A stretch of 64,000 nucleotides of DNA from Raillietiella orientalis (taxonomy: Eukaryota), in contig JAYWIR010000004.1 in the NCBI GenBank assembly GCA_036172245.1, positions 372,001 through 436,000 of the forward strand, given 5' to 3'. Positions 23,648 through 35,140 of the stretch are shown here, piece after piece. A model generated the notes under the pieces. That model ran no database searches and was not told the origin of the DNA. It was given only the letters and a program-made list of their open reading frames with translations. The translations under genes and the position numbers were made by a program. Numbering within the stretch: position 1 is the first letter of the stretch; each line of letters begins with the position of its first letter.

Positions 23648-24754
23648 ATGCAACTAACAACAGAAGGGCACAAAAGAGGCTTGGTTTACAGCATACAACT
23701 AGAACTCAAGAGAATTGAATTTTCAAGAGAAGTATGTAAAAGTTTACTTATAAGTGACCTCACATTTCTATCAGATTTTTTGTCTGTCTGATGTTACTAG
23801 CATAAGCATAGCACAAGTCTTTTCTGCCCATGAACCAAAGAAAGTCTGGTTACACCGTGATTTTTGTGGTGATACATACAAGATGAACATAGAATTAATA
23901 AATGGTAAAAACCTATGGATTAAACACTCTACTTTAATTAAAAAATTAGAAACTGGTATCCACAGGTAGGTGTAAACATGTTTTCAATGAACATTAACTT
24001 GTTGTTACAGTCTAGATCAGCATTTAAAAGGAGGAATAGGAACAGCTCAAATTATAGAAATCTGTGGTTTATCAAGTGCAGGAAAATCTGCAATGTGCTA
24101 TCAAATTCTTCTCAATACAACTATTAAATATAAGTGCACTTGCTTAATAATTGATACGCATAATAATTTTACTAGCACAGCTACATTAAATAAATCCAAC
24201 CAAAACCATGAAGCAAAAGTGAGTTTAAACAACTTCTATAATATAGTTTGAAAAGATTCATGTTGCATGTATTGTAGATGTATGCATTGTCGCATATTCT
24301 GGTCTGGAAAGCTTTTGATGCATATGAACTTTTCCACAAATTAAGGACTCTGCAACAAATGCTGAATCATACAGACTCTTATGGTAAGATTCAAATGGTA
24401 CTCATAGATTCAGTTTCTTCAATATTTCTTCCATTGATGGGGAGCAAACAACTTGTTGGTATAGACGTATATTTTGAACACCAAAAAATAATAAGTTTTT
24501 TAGGCTTAGGTATGCTTAGTTTGCTAGCAAGCACCATGAAATCACTATGCACAAAACATCACTTGACGTTTCTTGTGATCAACACACTTAGTCAAAATAA
24601 GAGTGATCATTCAAAGCCAAAACCTGCACTAGGTAAAATCTGGCGATCTGTTCCAGATATTCGCTTATTATTACAGCAACATCAAGGCAAGCAGTACTTC
24701 CAGTTATTAAAATCACTTGATCTTCCAACAGGAACACAATTTATGTTGTCATGA
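23648..24754 (+). CDS. RAD51D: RAD51 paralog D-like DNA repair protein, ~304 aa; exons 23648-23731, 23775-23965, 24011-24218, 24278-24458, 24504-24754
   Basis: LETGIHSLDQHLKGG..IIEICGLSSAGKS (Walker A), AFDAYEL, VLIDSVSS (Walker B), KPALGKIWRSVPDIRL (RAD51D-typical KPALG..W..VP..R). GT-AG introns give a continuous frame. The first exon is less certain. Confidence 0.9.
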
Positions 24755-24802
24755 GTAATCTCTTTGAATACAGTGACCTATGATAAAGATGATTGTCTGA
24801 GT

Positions 24803-25299
24803 TTATTTTTTTTTTTTCCTTGCATTTCCAGGTACGTTATGTCGGTTGGTTGTTACACTGGGTGCTGGGTTGTCCTGGTTATGCACATACTTGCATTTAG
24901 AACCATAAAAACACTGGCCTTTGTAATAGTTCCAACATATTTTTTTTCTGTTCGCCATTTCAACAGGCTGCGATGTCAGCCTGACGTGCTGTTCCAAAAC
25001 AGACATGCTGGCATCTTCTGCTGCTTTGTAGGGATTAATAAAAATGGATCCCATGTTATTTAGGGTTTTTTGTTGACGAAAAGGGTTCTCTAGTGGACTG
25101 CTTATTACCTGATCATCCCTTAAAATAAATGAAAATGATTTACAAAGAAAAAAAAAGGACCTTACTTCTTATCACTCAAATTGTCATTGGTCTGCAAGCC
25201 TACGTTCCGGGAATCAACAGGAAGCAATCCAAATGTTTGTATTTTATCGGTCTTTTCTTCAAATTCTGAATCGCTGCTGTAGTCAGCAACCAGAGACAT
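24803..25299 (-). CDS. Small uncharacterised CCCH zinc-finger protein, ~149 aa; exons 25299-25166 and 25118-24803
   Basis: N-terminus MSLVADYSSDSE; a 47-nt gtaag..ag intron keeps the frame; SIFINPYKAAE..LEQHV; C-x8-C-x5-C-x3-H finger CWNYYKGQCFYGSKCKYVH; basic RKKKK tail. Confidence 0.85.
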
Positions 25300-25999
25300 C
25301 AGTTTCAGAATAATTGGAAGCTATTTTTTTTCAGACGCATATTTGTGCAAATATATACCACTAATCTGTAGCTAGAAATGGCAAACAGAAATCGACCTTC
25401 ACGCTCTCACATTTCGACAACCAAATATTCGAAAGAAAATGTTGGTGCTGATGGCCAATCGTTCATAACTTGAAAGCCGTGAAGAAAAAATATCGGTCAC
25501 CAAAGACTTGGAAGCCGCAAAAAACACCTCACCATGCAGATCAAGCTGCGCAGGCTGCATCGCGTGTTATTGAAGAAACGACTCTTATCAACTGTTAATA
25601 CCAAATCACATTATAAATACATGCTGGACAGATTTTGTATTTCTATCTAAAGTCAGCAATAGGGAGACAAATGAAAGTATTTCATTATCTATTGCTGCAA
25701 TCGAAAAGAAAGATTTAAACCAGATTAAAAAAACTCTGTGATACTCCTCTGAATTCTGGACCAAGACAAACAGAAACTTGAACTGGAAAAAAAAAAGATA
25801 ATAACGGAATGAAATATCTAAAGGATGAGTTTCATCTTGAAATGTAATTCGTTTTTATTTCATTCATTACGAAAACCATTCAGAACTTAATTCATTTCAG
25901 AATTCATGGGAAAAAAAATTAAATAGCAACTTCATTGTACATTCTGCATGATCATGTCGATTTACACAATCATTTCTAGGAAATCGAACTTTTTACTAG

Positions 26000-27750
26000 T
26001 AGCGAAATCGTCATAATAACAAAAGTGACCATGATCAAATATTTTGACCTCTAGTATGAAACGTTTTGAATCAATATCAGTTTCGTGGAAGTCTATAACC
26101 CTTTTCTTGATGCAGTTATTTCTCTCATATGCTTGTCAAAATAGTGAACACTTCAACCTTCATCTAGAGATCTTGCAAAACTGATATCCGATGAATTTTT
26201 CGATTTCTAAATACTAATCCTTTCATGAACAGCGTGATGATCTCAAGTACTTCTTATCTTTTAAAGTATCCGCAGGTATTATCCCAAGTATCTTTATATT
26301 ATACTGAATATTCCATTAGTTGGGGGCTTACTTCAGAAAAAGCGTCAGTGAATTATGGAGGATTGCACACAATTCCTATCATTGAATAAATAGGATTTTA
26401 AAGTATTCTTATTTGAGGAATATAAGATTTTGGCTGGAACATGGGCAATTCTCTGTTTTGCATTATCAGACTTGATTTACTTTGAATCAGTGAGATTTAT
26501 TTCTTTGAAATCACATTCACATGGTATAAAAAGAAACCGATACTTTTTTTCAATTGTGATATATCCAGTATTGTACTATAGTAGCATTTAAGAGGGAGGA
26601 GAGAGGATTACCTTTTCAATTATTCTAATAAAAAAAAAAAACAATGGACCAGTTAACCTGAAGAGAAGGAAAGCTCAGTCTGGACCCCAGTAAATCACGC
26701 TCGAAATTCTTCAGAAGAAAAAACTCATGATCATTACACTTTACTTTTTTCAGTTTAAGAAGAAAAAGCATTCCCTAAATAAACAGAAAACATCCCTTCC
26801 GCAGCACAGAGCTGCAAAATAAAATGCAATCATTTTTTTTTTTTTACATAAAAAGGGAAACATCGGAAACTTGAGTTTTCGGCATTCAGGATTCTTCGCA
26901 TTGCTGGAGATGATGCACATTTGAATGCAATTTTTAACTACTAACAGAAACAATGTTTTCATTAATGAAACTTTGTTTCCGTTTTTTTCCGTACAAGATA
27001 TTCATACCATTTTTTTAAAAAACAGAATAATTTAGTTTGTTATCATTTTCAGCATTTCACGAAAAAGTGCTTGAATCATCATGAAATATTGAAATTCAGT
27101 AAATTGGAATGACTGAGTACAGTGAAAATTAAGGACTGATTCCTTCCAAACAAGCAGTAGATTTCAGAAAGTCCGAGTTTATTTTTGTTAGAACCAAAAG
27201 GGACTGAAACGGTTTCTAGCTACTGCCTCCCTCGGTTTGGAGAGAACCATTACAGAGTCGCGACAGCTTCTGCTATCAGTAAGACTCATTGATTTTCCAA
27301 TGACCTTCTGCCAGCCAATATCTCTAGGAAGTAACAGACTGTTTGTTGGCTGTTGTTTCGGAAAAGAAAGAACCTTATTTCAGAATCTTATTTCGGTTTC
27401 TAGCAACTTCTTACAGAAGTTGCTAGAAAACTGCGTTCTTTTCTCACTTGGTTAAGGTATCCAGCCATTGGAATCTCTGGAAAAAAATCATTAGAAATTC
27501 TAGTGATTTCGGACCACATCTGCATGAGGTATTCTCAAGATTTGGTAAAATAATGACCAAACTTCAAGAAAACCACCGCATTTCAGAAGTCGATGTCTCG
27601 AATGCTGTGTAATGTTCCTTTCTTTTAGCGACACACGAAAAAAAGCTGTAAGCGAAAGATAATTTTTTCCGTATGCGAAATCATCCACGTGTGTCTTTTA
27701 TCACTTAGAATGGGTTTGTTAAAATAATTCAGCATCTTAACATTTGAGTT
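26000..27750 (-). pseudogene. Possible NACHT NTPase fossil
   Basis: YGKNY then FFRVSLKE (~27620-27680), SVTS*R (cf. VTSRP, ~27330) and KKYRFLF..DFKE (cf. Y.F.H...QE, ~26520). Confidence 0.3.
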
Positions 27751-28739
27751 ATCAGCTTACTCTTTCTGACAAGCTGTTAGATTTCCATGAATGTCATCAA
27801 AAAAGCTTTGCATGGTTCAAATTCTGAAAGTCAGAATGTTTGTTCTCACAAAACGATTAAATGACAATATGGAGTTTTTGAATTTTTAAACCACAAAGGA
27901 ATCACTAAAAACAAATTGCAATCATCGATAAACAGCACAATTTTCTGAAAAACTTATCAGAGAATCGTGCTGTTATGATAGCAGCTTGCATAAGCCCTAA
28001 CTAATGGAGTATTTCTGATATGATATTTGTCAGGAAATTGTGCTGTTGTTGATATTTACGGTTCAGAAGATTGATTTTGCATTTTTTTCCATCCTTATCT
28101 CGAATGTGCAGGACTCTGGTACGTCTCGTTCAAGTTGTCACCTTTCTTACATATTGCAAAACTCTATTTTCAAAAACAAATCAAAAGTGAATGACTGTTT
28201 AAATTCTAGACAGAGTTTAACTATCATTCTTCCTCTATTGTTTTTTTCTCGCTACTTCAAGAGGACAGATGGTACTATTATGGCATCAGTTTTACTTTTT
28301 TTTTTTTTTAAATATCTATATGGTCTACAATATTCCCGTTCACCAAACAAATCAGCTAAGTAAAGGAATGAGTGTGTCTTTATTCTATTAAATGTTACAG
28401 TTTTTGTGTGTAAGGAATGGAGTTAAAGTACGATTAATAATTTCCTAGAACCAAAGAAATATCTTTACTTTCGGACTACATTCTGCAGGCTAGTCTTGCT
28501 GTCCATTGGTTATTATAAATGACCTTCAATAGCTATTATGCAGCAAATTAATGTTCTAATTTTTCATTTCGAAGGAATTATTTTCGGTGATTGCACTCCT
28601 CTAATAGGTTCTACTCGATGTGATTTATCTTTTTGGTTCTTCATTCTTCATAAGTATAAGTTTTAATGATTGCCTATTCAGCAACTTGAATAATGAAATA
28701 AACTAATTCTGTAGTCCGTCAGGTGCGATTAATACAGTT

Positions 28740-30550
28740 AATCCATACATTCACCAAGTTTAGGGTGGATCGTCCTTTCCCCAAGTCACACAAAAGATGG
28801 GGTGAATTTGTTATATTTTATCATTCACTCTACACATTCATGCATTCATTTTCTCCAATCATTCCACTTATGTCACCTGGAAGTCTGTTTCGTGGGATTA
28901 ACACTGAGGTTCACTACACTTGGGTAACTGGGCGTCGTTTATGCCTGGACGTTGTCCTCAATCCTTCTCAGGATATGTCGGTAGTTCCAGGTCTGTACTC
29001 TTCCACAGTTTCTTATGCCGATCTCCTTCTGGATAAGAGCTTTCAGGATTTCCATTGGAGATACGGCGGTCCTGGTGCTCTTCATCTTCCACCACCACAC
29101 AAGGATGGCGGTGATGAAGAGGGCGATGGTTATCCTTACCATGGATTGTAACAGGGAACGTTCCCATTTCCTTGGAAATGGGAAATGCCTGCTAAAATTC
29201 CCATGGTCGATGTAGTGGGCAGCCCGATAACCCTTTTGAGGGTGTGCCACTCTTGTTGCATCGTGGGACAGGTCAAGACGTGTAGTCTTGTATCCTTGTC
29301 TCCACATGCTTTGCAGGCCTCATCTTCTCTTCTTCCCGTGAATAGCTTCATGATTGTCCCCCACAGGATTCCTCCATGATAAAACATCAGGTCATCCGGT
29401 GGCAAGTCACTCCTCCAGAGCGTCGTTCCGATCACCAACAGGTTTATCCCAGCACTGCCGTGTCGATCGGCGGCTTCTTGGAGGGAACTGGTGTCTTTGT
29501 CCTCTTCGATTATTAGTCAGCATAGGTTTTTCTTTGTTACCCTGGACCACACGAAGCTGTTGTGGTTTTCCCGCACTTCGCGGGTCCTGTGGGTGAATCT
29601 TCCAGCTATCCTATCAATGTATCGGAGTACTCGGGAGCAGTGAAGGTACTCTCTTCGTCCTTATGCTTGAACTGCTTGCAAGGTAACCCTGGACCGCCGG
29701 TGGATCCAGCTCCTCGTATCCGGAGGTACCGGGAGCATCCATAGGATCACCAGGATAGATTCCTCCTGCCAGAGTTCCTAGCTCCTTGGTATGATCTTCA
29801 ACTAGTGCTTGCGTACCAGCTGCTGCCTTCGTCTCCAGGTTGGATCAATGGTGACCCATGCACCCACTCGGCTGAGCAGCGCAGTCATCAGTCCTCTCGA
29901 GTTATTTATCAACAATGAGTAAGCCCTGTGCGCTGCATACGGCCAGTCTTCCCAGTTTTCCGACGTCCAGGAGTTGTCGCACGTCCATGATGTCCACAGC
30001 GTCTACAAGCGACTTCATCCCGGTACCTCCTTGCTCCTTAGAACGATACAGTGGTTTGAGGCGGACTCACGGTCGATAGCCTCTCCAGAGAGTTTTCCTT
30101 TGTAGCTTTTCTACCTGTCTTCTGGTGTCTTGATGCATTCTGCAGAAGGACGCTACGAAGAGTATCTTTGGAAGGAGTACTCCGTTCCAAAGGTTGGCCC
30201 TTCGCTTCATGCTAAAGTCCAAACGGGTATAATTCGCTCCTTCTTGAGCTGTTTTCCCCAGGATTTCCTTCCAAAACAGCTGGGACGATGAATTGTCGCC
30301 AATGTGGACACCCAGGTACTTGGCATTGTCCACCGTTCGGAATCATTCCTCCATGAGTATGAAGAGATCCAGGATTCCGACGGGCAAAAGTTGGCTTTTC
30401 TGGGCCAATTTTCAAGACCAATCCTCCTTCCATAAGCTCCAGCACATCGAGAAACGCACGCTGATCTCTCTCCCCTTTCAGGAAGAAGAGATCATCCGCG
30501 TAAGCCAGATGGGTGAGCCAGAGGGCGAATGCTCTTGGTCACCATCAGAA
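28740..30550 (-). mobile_element. 5'-truncated L1/Tx1-like LINE: RT C-terminus and zf-RVT/CCHC region
   Basis: AKYLGVHIG, RRANLWNGVLLPKILF, LYRSKEQGGTG, CKACGDKDTRLHVLTCP. Several frameshifts. GC-richer than its flanks. Confidence 0.85.
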
Positions 30551-31299
30551 TTTCAAATAGAATAAGTGAGACAGCATCACGAATTTATATATTACCTTGA
30601 AGGGATTTTCAATATGCCGCGGGCAAAAGTTTATGCAATGAAAAATGTTTGATCAAAATGCATACATTGAAATTAGTGTTTAATTCCTGTAGACCTTGAA
30701 TTGATAAATTTTTACTGGTAGTTATGATAATTATTTATGATGATGATAGTAGCATATAAAAAATCACATACTTATCGCTTACTTCGAAGAGATGCATTGA
30801 CTATGGAATATGAATATTCTAGCATTTTCCAAAGGCTCTTAGTCCATTGCATTAAACATTTATTGGACTGGCATACACTGCTAATTATAGGATGTCATTA
30901 TCTTGATTTTTATCTTATAAAAATAAACAAATTAATGAAAATCGTTTGCACAGTTACTTGAAACACAAAGTGTTTTACATAAATATCATCTAATTACTAA
31001 TCATTCTAATCACTATGTAGTTCCTCATAGTTTGCAATTAAACGTTTTCGAATATTAATTACCTAGACCATGTGAATTAAATGAGAAATGAAATTCCTTA
31101 ATTCAGTATAAAGACAATACAAAGTTTACATTTGCAAGGCTGTAATTGCTGTGGTGAAACTAACAGCGACTAAAGAGAACTGATGATAAAACGAATTAAT
31201 CTTTCATTAATAACTTTTATAAAACCGAGCTGCTCTAACTCCTGGCAAGAATAATGTATGCAAAATGTAATCCTCTAATTTTCTCGTAGTGTTTTTTGA

Positions 31300-33100
31300 G
31301 AAAATTTTACATCCAGTAGTTTTTGTATACCTACGCAATGCTTCTACTACTGTTGAGAAATATTCAACTCCCATGCATCATTGCTGCAATATTTATTGAA
31401 GAGACCTATTTCATCCGTAATGCTATTCCGGTAATTCTCACTTTTTATGCACTGGTTAATTTTTTAGAGAAATCAATATTTAAGTTTGCTCATTAAGTTC
31501 TGCATTGCATTTTTTTTCCTTCTAAACTCTTCCCAACAACGTCATTAAGTGGCTTATCATCAGGGTTGGGTTCCCTCTTTCTGGCTGTCAACTTTTCATC
31601 CGTCACCAGAAGACATAGGTAAGGTAAGTGAATCATATACTGCGTCATGCTCTTTTTTTTTCTTCGTTCTTGCTCTTTAGTTTTAGTATCCGTGGATGAC
31701 TTGTTATCTACATCTTGTATTCATCTGTAGTTCACAGTGATAATGAGATGGCATTTTAACGATGAGTGGCCAGTAATGGCACTAATGACTTACCTGACAT
31801 CAAACTAAAGCCGAATAGACCTTAGGACTTTTGAATACAGTCTCCACTAAGTATAAATAGGGCAGTGTAAAACACATTTGAAAGAGCAAAATATGGTTTT
31901 TCCATTTTTGTAATCTTTTTAGTTTTTATTTGGTGAATCATACGCGTAAAACCTGCGCAGAGAACCATGTTAGGCAGGTTTCCCTGCTCTTGACCTTGTT
32001 GTTTGGTGTTTGGGTGAGAGGTTTGAAAACCTCACCCTCCCTCTCGGTGCCTAGCAATGTGTACGGATTTATTTGATGTATTCATTTCCTTTTTTGAATG
32101 CAAACAGAGTACATGATTCTTCAGTTTCTATAATCGCCTGTACTAACAGTACGCACCGAAGAATACGTTTTGCAAAGACCTAATGTTTATTCTAGTAAGA
32201 GTTGCGTTGAATTTCTCTTTTATGTGTCAACAAAACAGCGATTTTCCTTGACTCCACCGCTTGCTTCCCGGTATCGAAAAAGTAAACTCTGAAGTCGAAT
32301 GTTTGGGAACGAAACACGCAACACAAACATGGTGTACTTGGAGCTTTAAAGAGTGCTAACATTCACATGTCTGCGTCACTCAGGGTTTCCATAAAATTCT
32401 TTTTGCAACGATTCTCACGTGTGACATCAGACGACGAAGGTCAGTATCAACAAACGATGTTTGCTTAGCTCGCTACTAGAAGACGAAACCCTCATCGCCG
32501 GAACGCTGGCAACACTGCGTATTTAATTAGAAACCACCCAAATTTTCAAAGCTGTCAAAAATAACTCGTCAAACACCTTAGATAAATGCAAAGATTCTGC
32601 TAAAAATAGAACTCTGCTCATCACATCTGGAGTGTCAGGTTCATGTTTTTTGGATTGAAATTGGAAGGTTTAGCGATCAATCCATCAAGTGTAGGAATGC
32701 GTACGAAGTCAGCACAAATGTTTACTGTCCACCGTGTCTAAATGGTATTCTCATGCTTGCAATTTATTATTCATTTTATTAAAAGGAAGAAGTACTTGAT
32801 TTCAGGCAACTCCTTACACCGTTTGATACGGAAGAAAACTTCTTTTCAAGAACATCACTTGATAGATTGGAAACAAACTTCGAGCTGAAGCTGTGCTTGC
32901 ATATTTCTTGATTTCACGGTCGCCTTCAATGTATACGACCTCGGACACAAACGCGCTTCCCTCTTTTGGAACCTTAGTAACATACGGTGCGCCTCATTTT
33001 ATTGATAATGTGGGAAATACCAAGAGTTCTTGGTTCAAACGTGGATTTTGCCACCTATCTTCGGAATGTTTGCGAAGAACACGAATTTTCGTAACGGAGT
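31300..33100 (-). pseudogene. NACHT NTPase (NLR-like) fossil
   Basis: VTKVPKEGSAFVSEVVY (degenerate Walker A, ~32930-32985), VRIPTLDGL (Walker B LDGLDE, ~32678-32705), VPAMRVSSS (~32490) and EFYG (~32395), in the expected order and spacing. Confidence 0.4.
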
Positions 33101-33546
33101 GATGGTCAGTTTCGAATTGACCATGCTTCAATGATTTTACACCATCGCGCAAAATTATTCACACATTAATCCATTTAGAAAAAAAAAAAAATGCTATAAA
33201 TTTCTTGCCTCTTGCAGGAACGAATTAGTTATGGAAGATATCATTTTGCTGCTGTCAAACATAAAATTGCAGCAAAACATCTTAAATGACATGAACAAGC
33301 AAAGAACATGAACTAAAGAAAAAATGCATATGGATACTGCGAGTTAAATCCATTTACCACTTGCTGACTCTTTCAAACTATCCAAAAACACAGGTTTGTG
33401 AAGCCAGGATTCTGGCAATTGCATTACACTGAACAGGCATGGATTACAGTTTACTTCTTAACATTTGTAAACTTAATATGTTTTGTGATTCTGCTTAGCA
33501 AAATAAATAAATGTATTATATTTCATCATAATGTAAATCACTGAGT

Positions 33547-34943
33547 TTATAAGGAGTGAAGAGAAACAGTGGGTGGCTGGGGTGCTTGCATTCTTTTCTT
33601 TTGAGCTACAACAAAATGTACTGTTTGCCTGAAATCCACAAACTTACCATTGTGACTGGGATAACTTTTGTTTGTATGCTTGAGAGCAGAAGGGAATGGC
33701 AACTGGTCTATAGGAAGAAAGCGCTCTTCAAACTGTGCCTCAAAAGATTTAATATTTAGACTGGTCGTATTAGGTGATAGCACCTGTTTATGTGGTGATC
33801 CAGAATCATTTCGAATTGATGAATTTCTCTGAGGTGGGACTGGTAAATTTGTATGCTGCAATTGCATATTCTGTGGCAACATTACAAATTCCTGTTCCCA
33901 ACTTACTGGTGACCTGGTTACTGGTGTTGTTGCAGGCACTATAGAGCGATGTGGAACAACTGGTGGTAATGGAGGAGGAGGAGGCTTGGTAGTAGGAGGT
34001 CGAGGAGGTGCAGTTCTATTAGGCACACATCTATGAACAGATTTCTTGACTTCATGGCCAGGAGTTGATAAGGTGGCAAAATTGGTTCTCTTCAAGTCCT
34101 GCCAGTCTCCTTTGCCTCGGTCAGTTGACTGATTAGATGGTTCTACCATACTCAAAGTACGCACTAAGGAAGCAGGTTTTGAAGGTATTGTGGGACGTAA
34201 TGTTTGTTCACTCCTATCATGTGTACTGGAAATGGGAGGGAGAGGAGGCTTGATAGTAGGTTTGGCTGCAATAACAGGCCGATTCACAGTACGGTAGGCA
34301 TCCCGATTCAGTGGATCAAAGATTGGTTCAAACACTTGCTTCCTATTTTGAATCATAGGCCTGACTGAAGAATCCTCGGATGTACTTGGTGCCTTATCAC
34401 ATGTGATAGCAGGAGTAAATCCTGAATCTCCTAGTGGTACTGCTGCTGCTTTCTAATATATTTTGTCTCTTTCCTTCAAATTCAGTTGATTTTACCTTCA
34501 CTCCTTCAAACAGGTCATTGGATGGCAAGGGCTCTCTAGAGAAACTTCCAGCTGCTGTATGTGTTGGCACCACACACTTTGATGCACATGATATGCTGGT
34601 ACCATTGGGAATTCGACTAGATGCAACTGGTTTTAACTTTGGGATACCTCCATCAAAGACATTTCCCAGCAATGGAGGTGTCATGCTGGTAGTTGTATTC
34701 CTTTTATAATTGGCAGAGTTATTTGTCACGTGTTTACTGGTATCTAGAAGTAATTAGCAAAGCAGTTTGACTTGGGAATGGCATACTTATTTGAGGAGCA
34801 CTCCGATCATTAATTTGGGTGACTTTCTTCAACTTAGCACCCATTCTTATGGATTCAAACAAAGCATCTCGTGCACAACCCGTGTTATTCTCTTTTGAAG
34901 TTAAGCATGCTGTAGGAGGTGGTGGTGGTGGTGGTGGTGGCAT
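33547..34943 (-). CDS. WIP: WASP-interacting protein / verprolin homolog, ~406 aa; exons 34943-34787, 34743-34603, 34554-34496, 34452-33648, 33605-33547
   Basis: MPPPPPPPPP start; WH2 RDALFESIRMGAKLKKVTQINDRSAP; second motif LGNVFDGGIPKLKP; proline-rich middle; WASP-binding motif FEERFLPIDQLPFP..KSYPS. GT-AG introns of 43, 48, 43 and 42 nt give one frame. Confidence 0.92.
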
Positions 34944-35106
34944 GTTTTGAATTGTGATTATACACTCAAAATAATATATTCTTAGCTTAAGTCATTTTTT
35001 AATCTACAACTTCACCTGAAAAAAGTGCAAAAAAAATGGAGAAAACTTACATTATGGTAGTGGGCAGACCGATTGATCTTGCATATGTTGAAACCAGTCC
35101 TTGTAA

Positions 35107-35140
35107 ACCAAAATTCATTTCAACCAAAATTCATTTCAAC
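35107..35140 (+). repeat. 16-bp tandem duplication
   Basis: accaaaattcatttca x2, upstream of WIP. Confidence 0.85.

Noticed and set aside
25379..25600. Short ATG-initiated frame divergent from the CCCH gene
   Set aside because: Early stop, no splice-consistent continuation and no domain.
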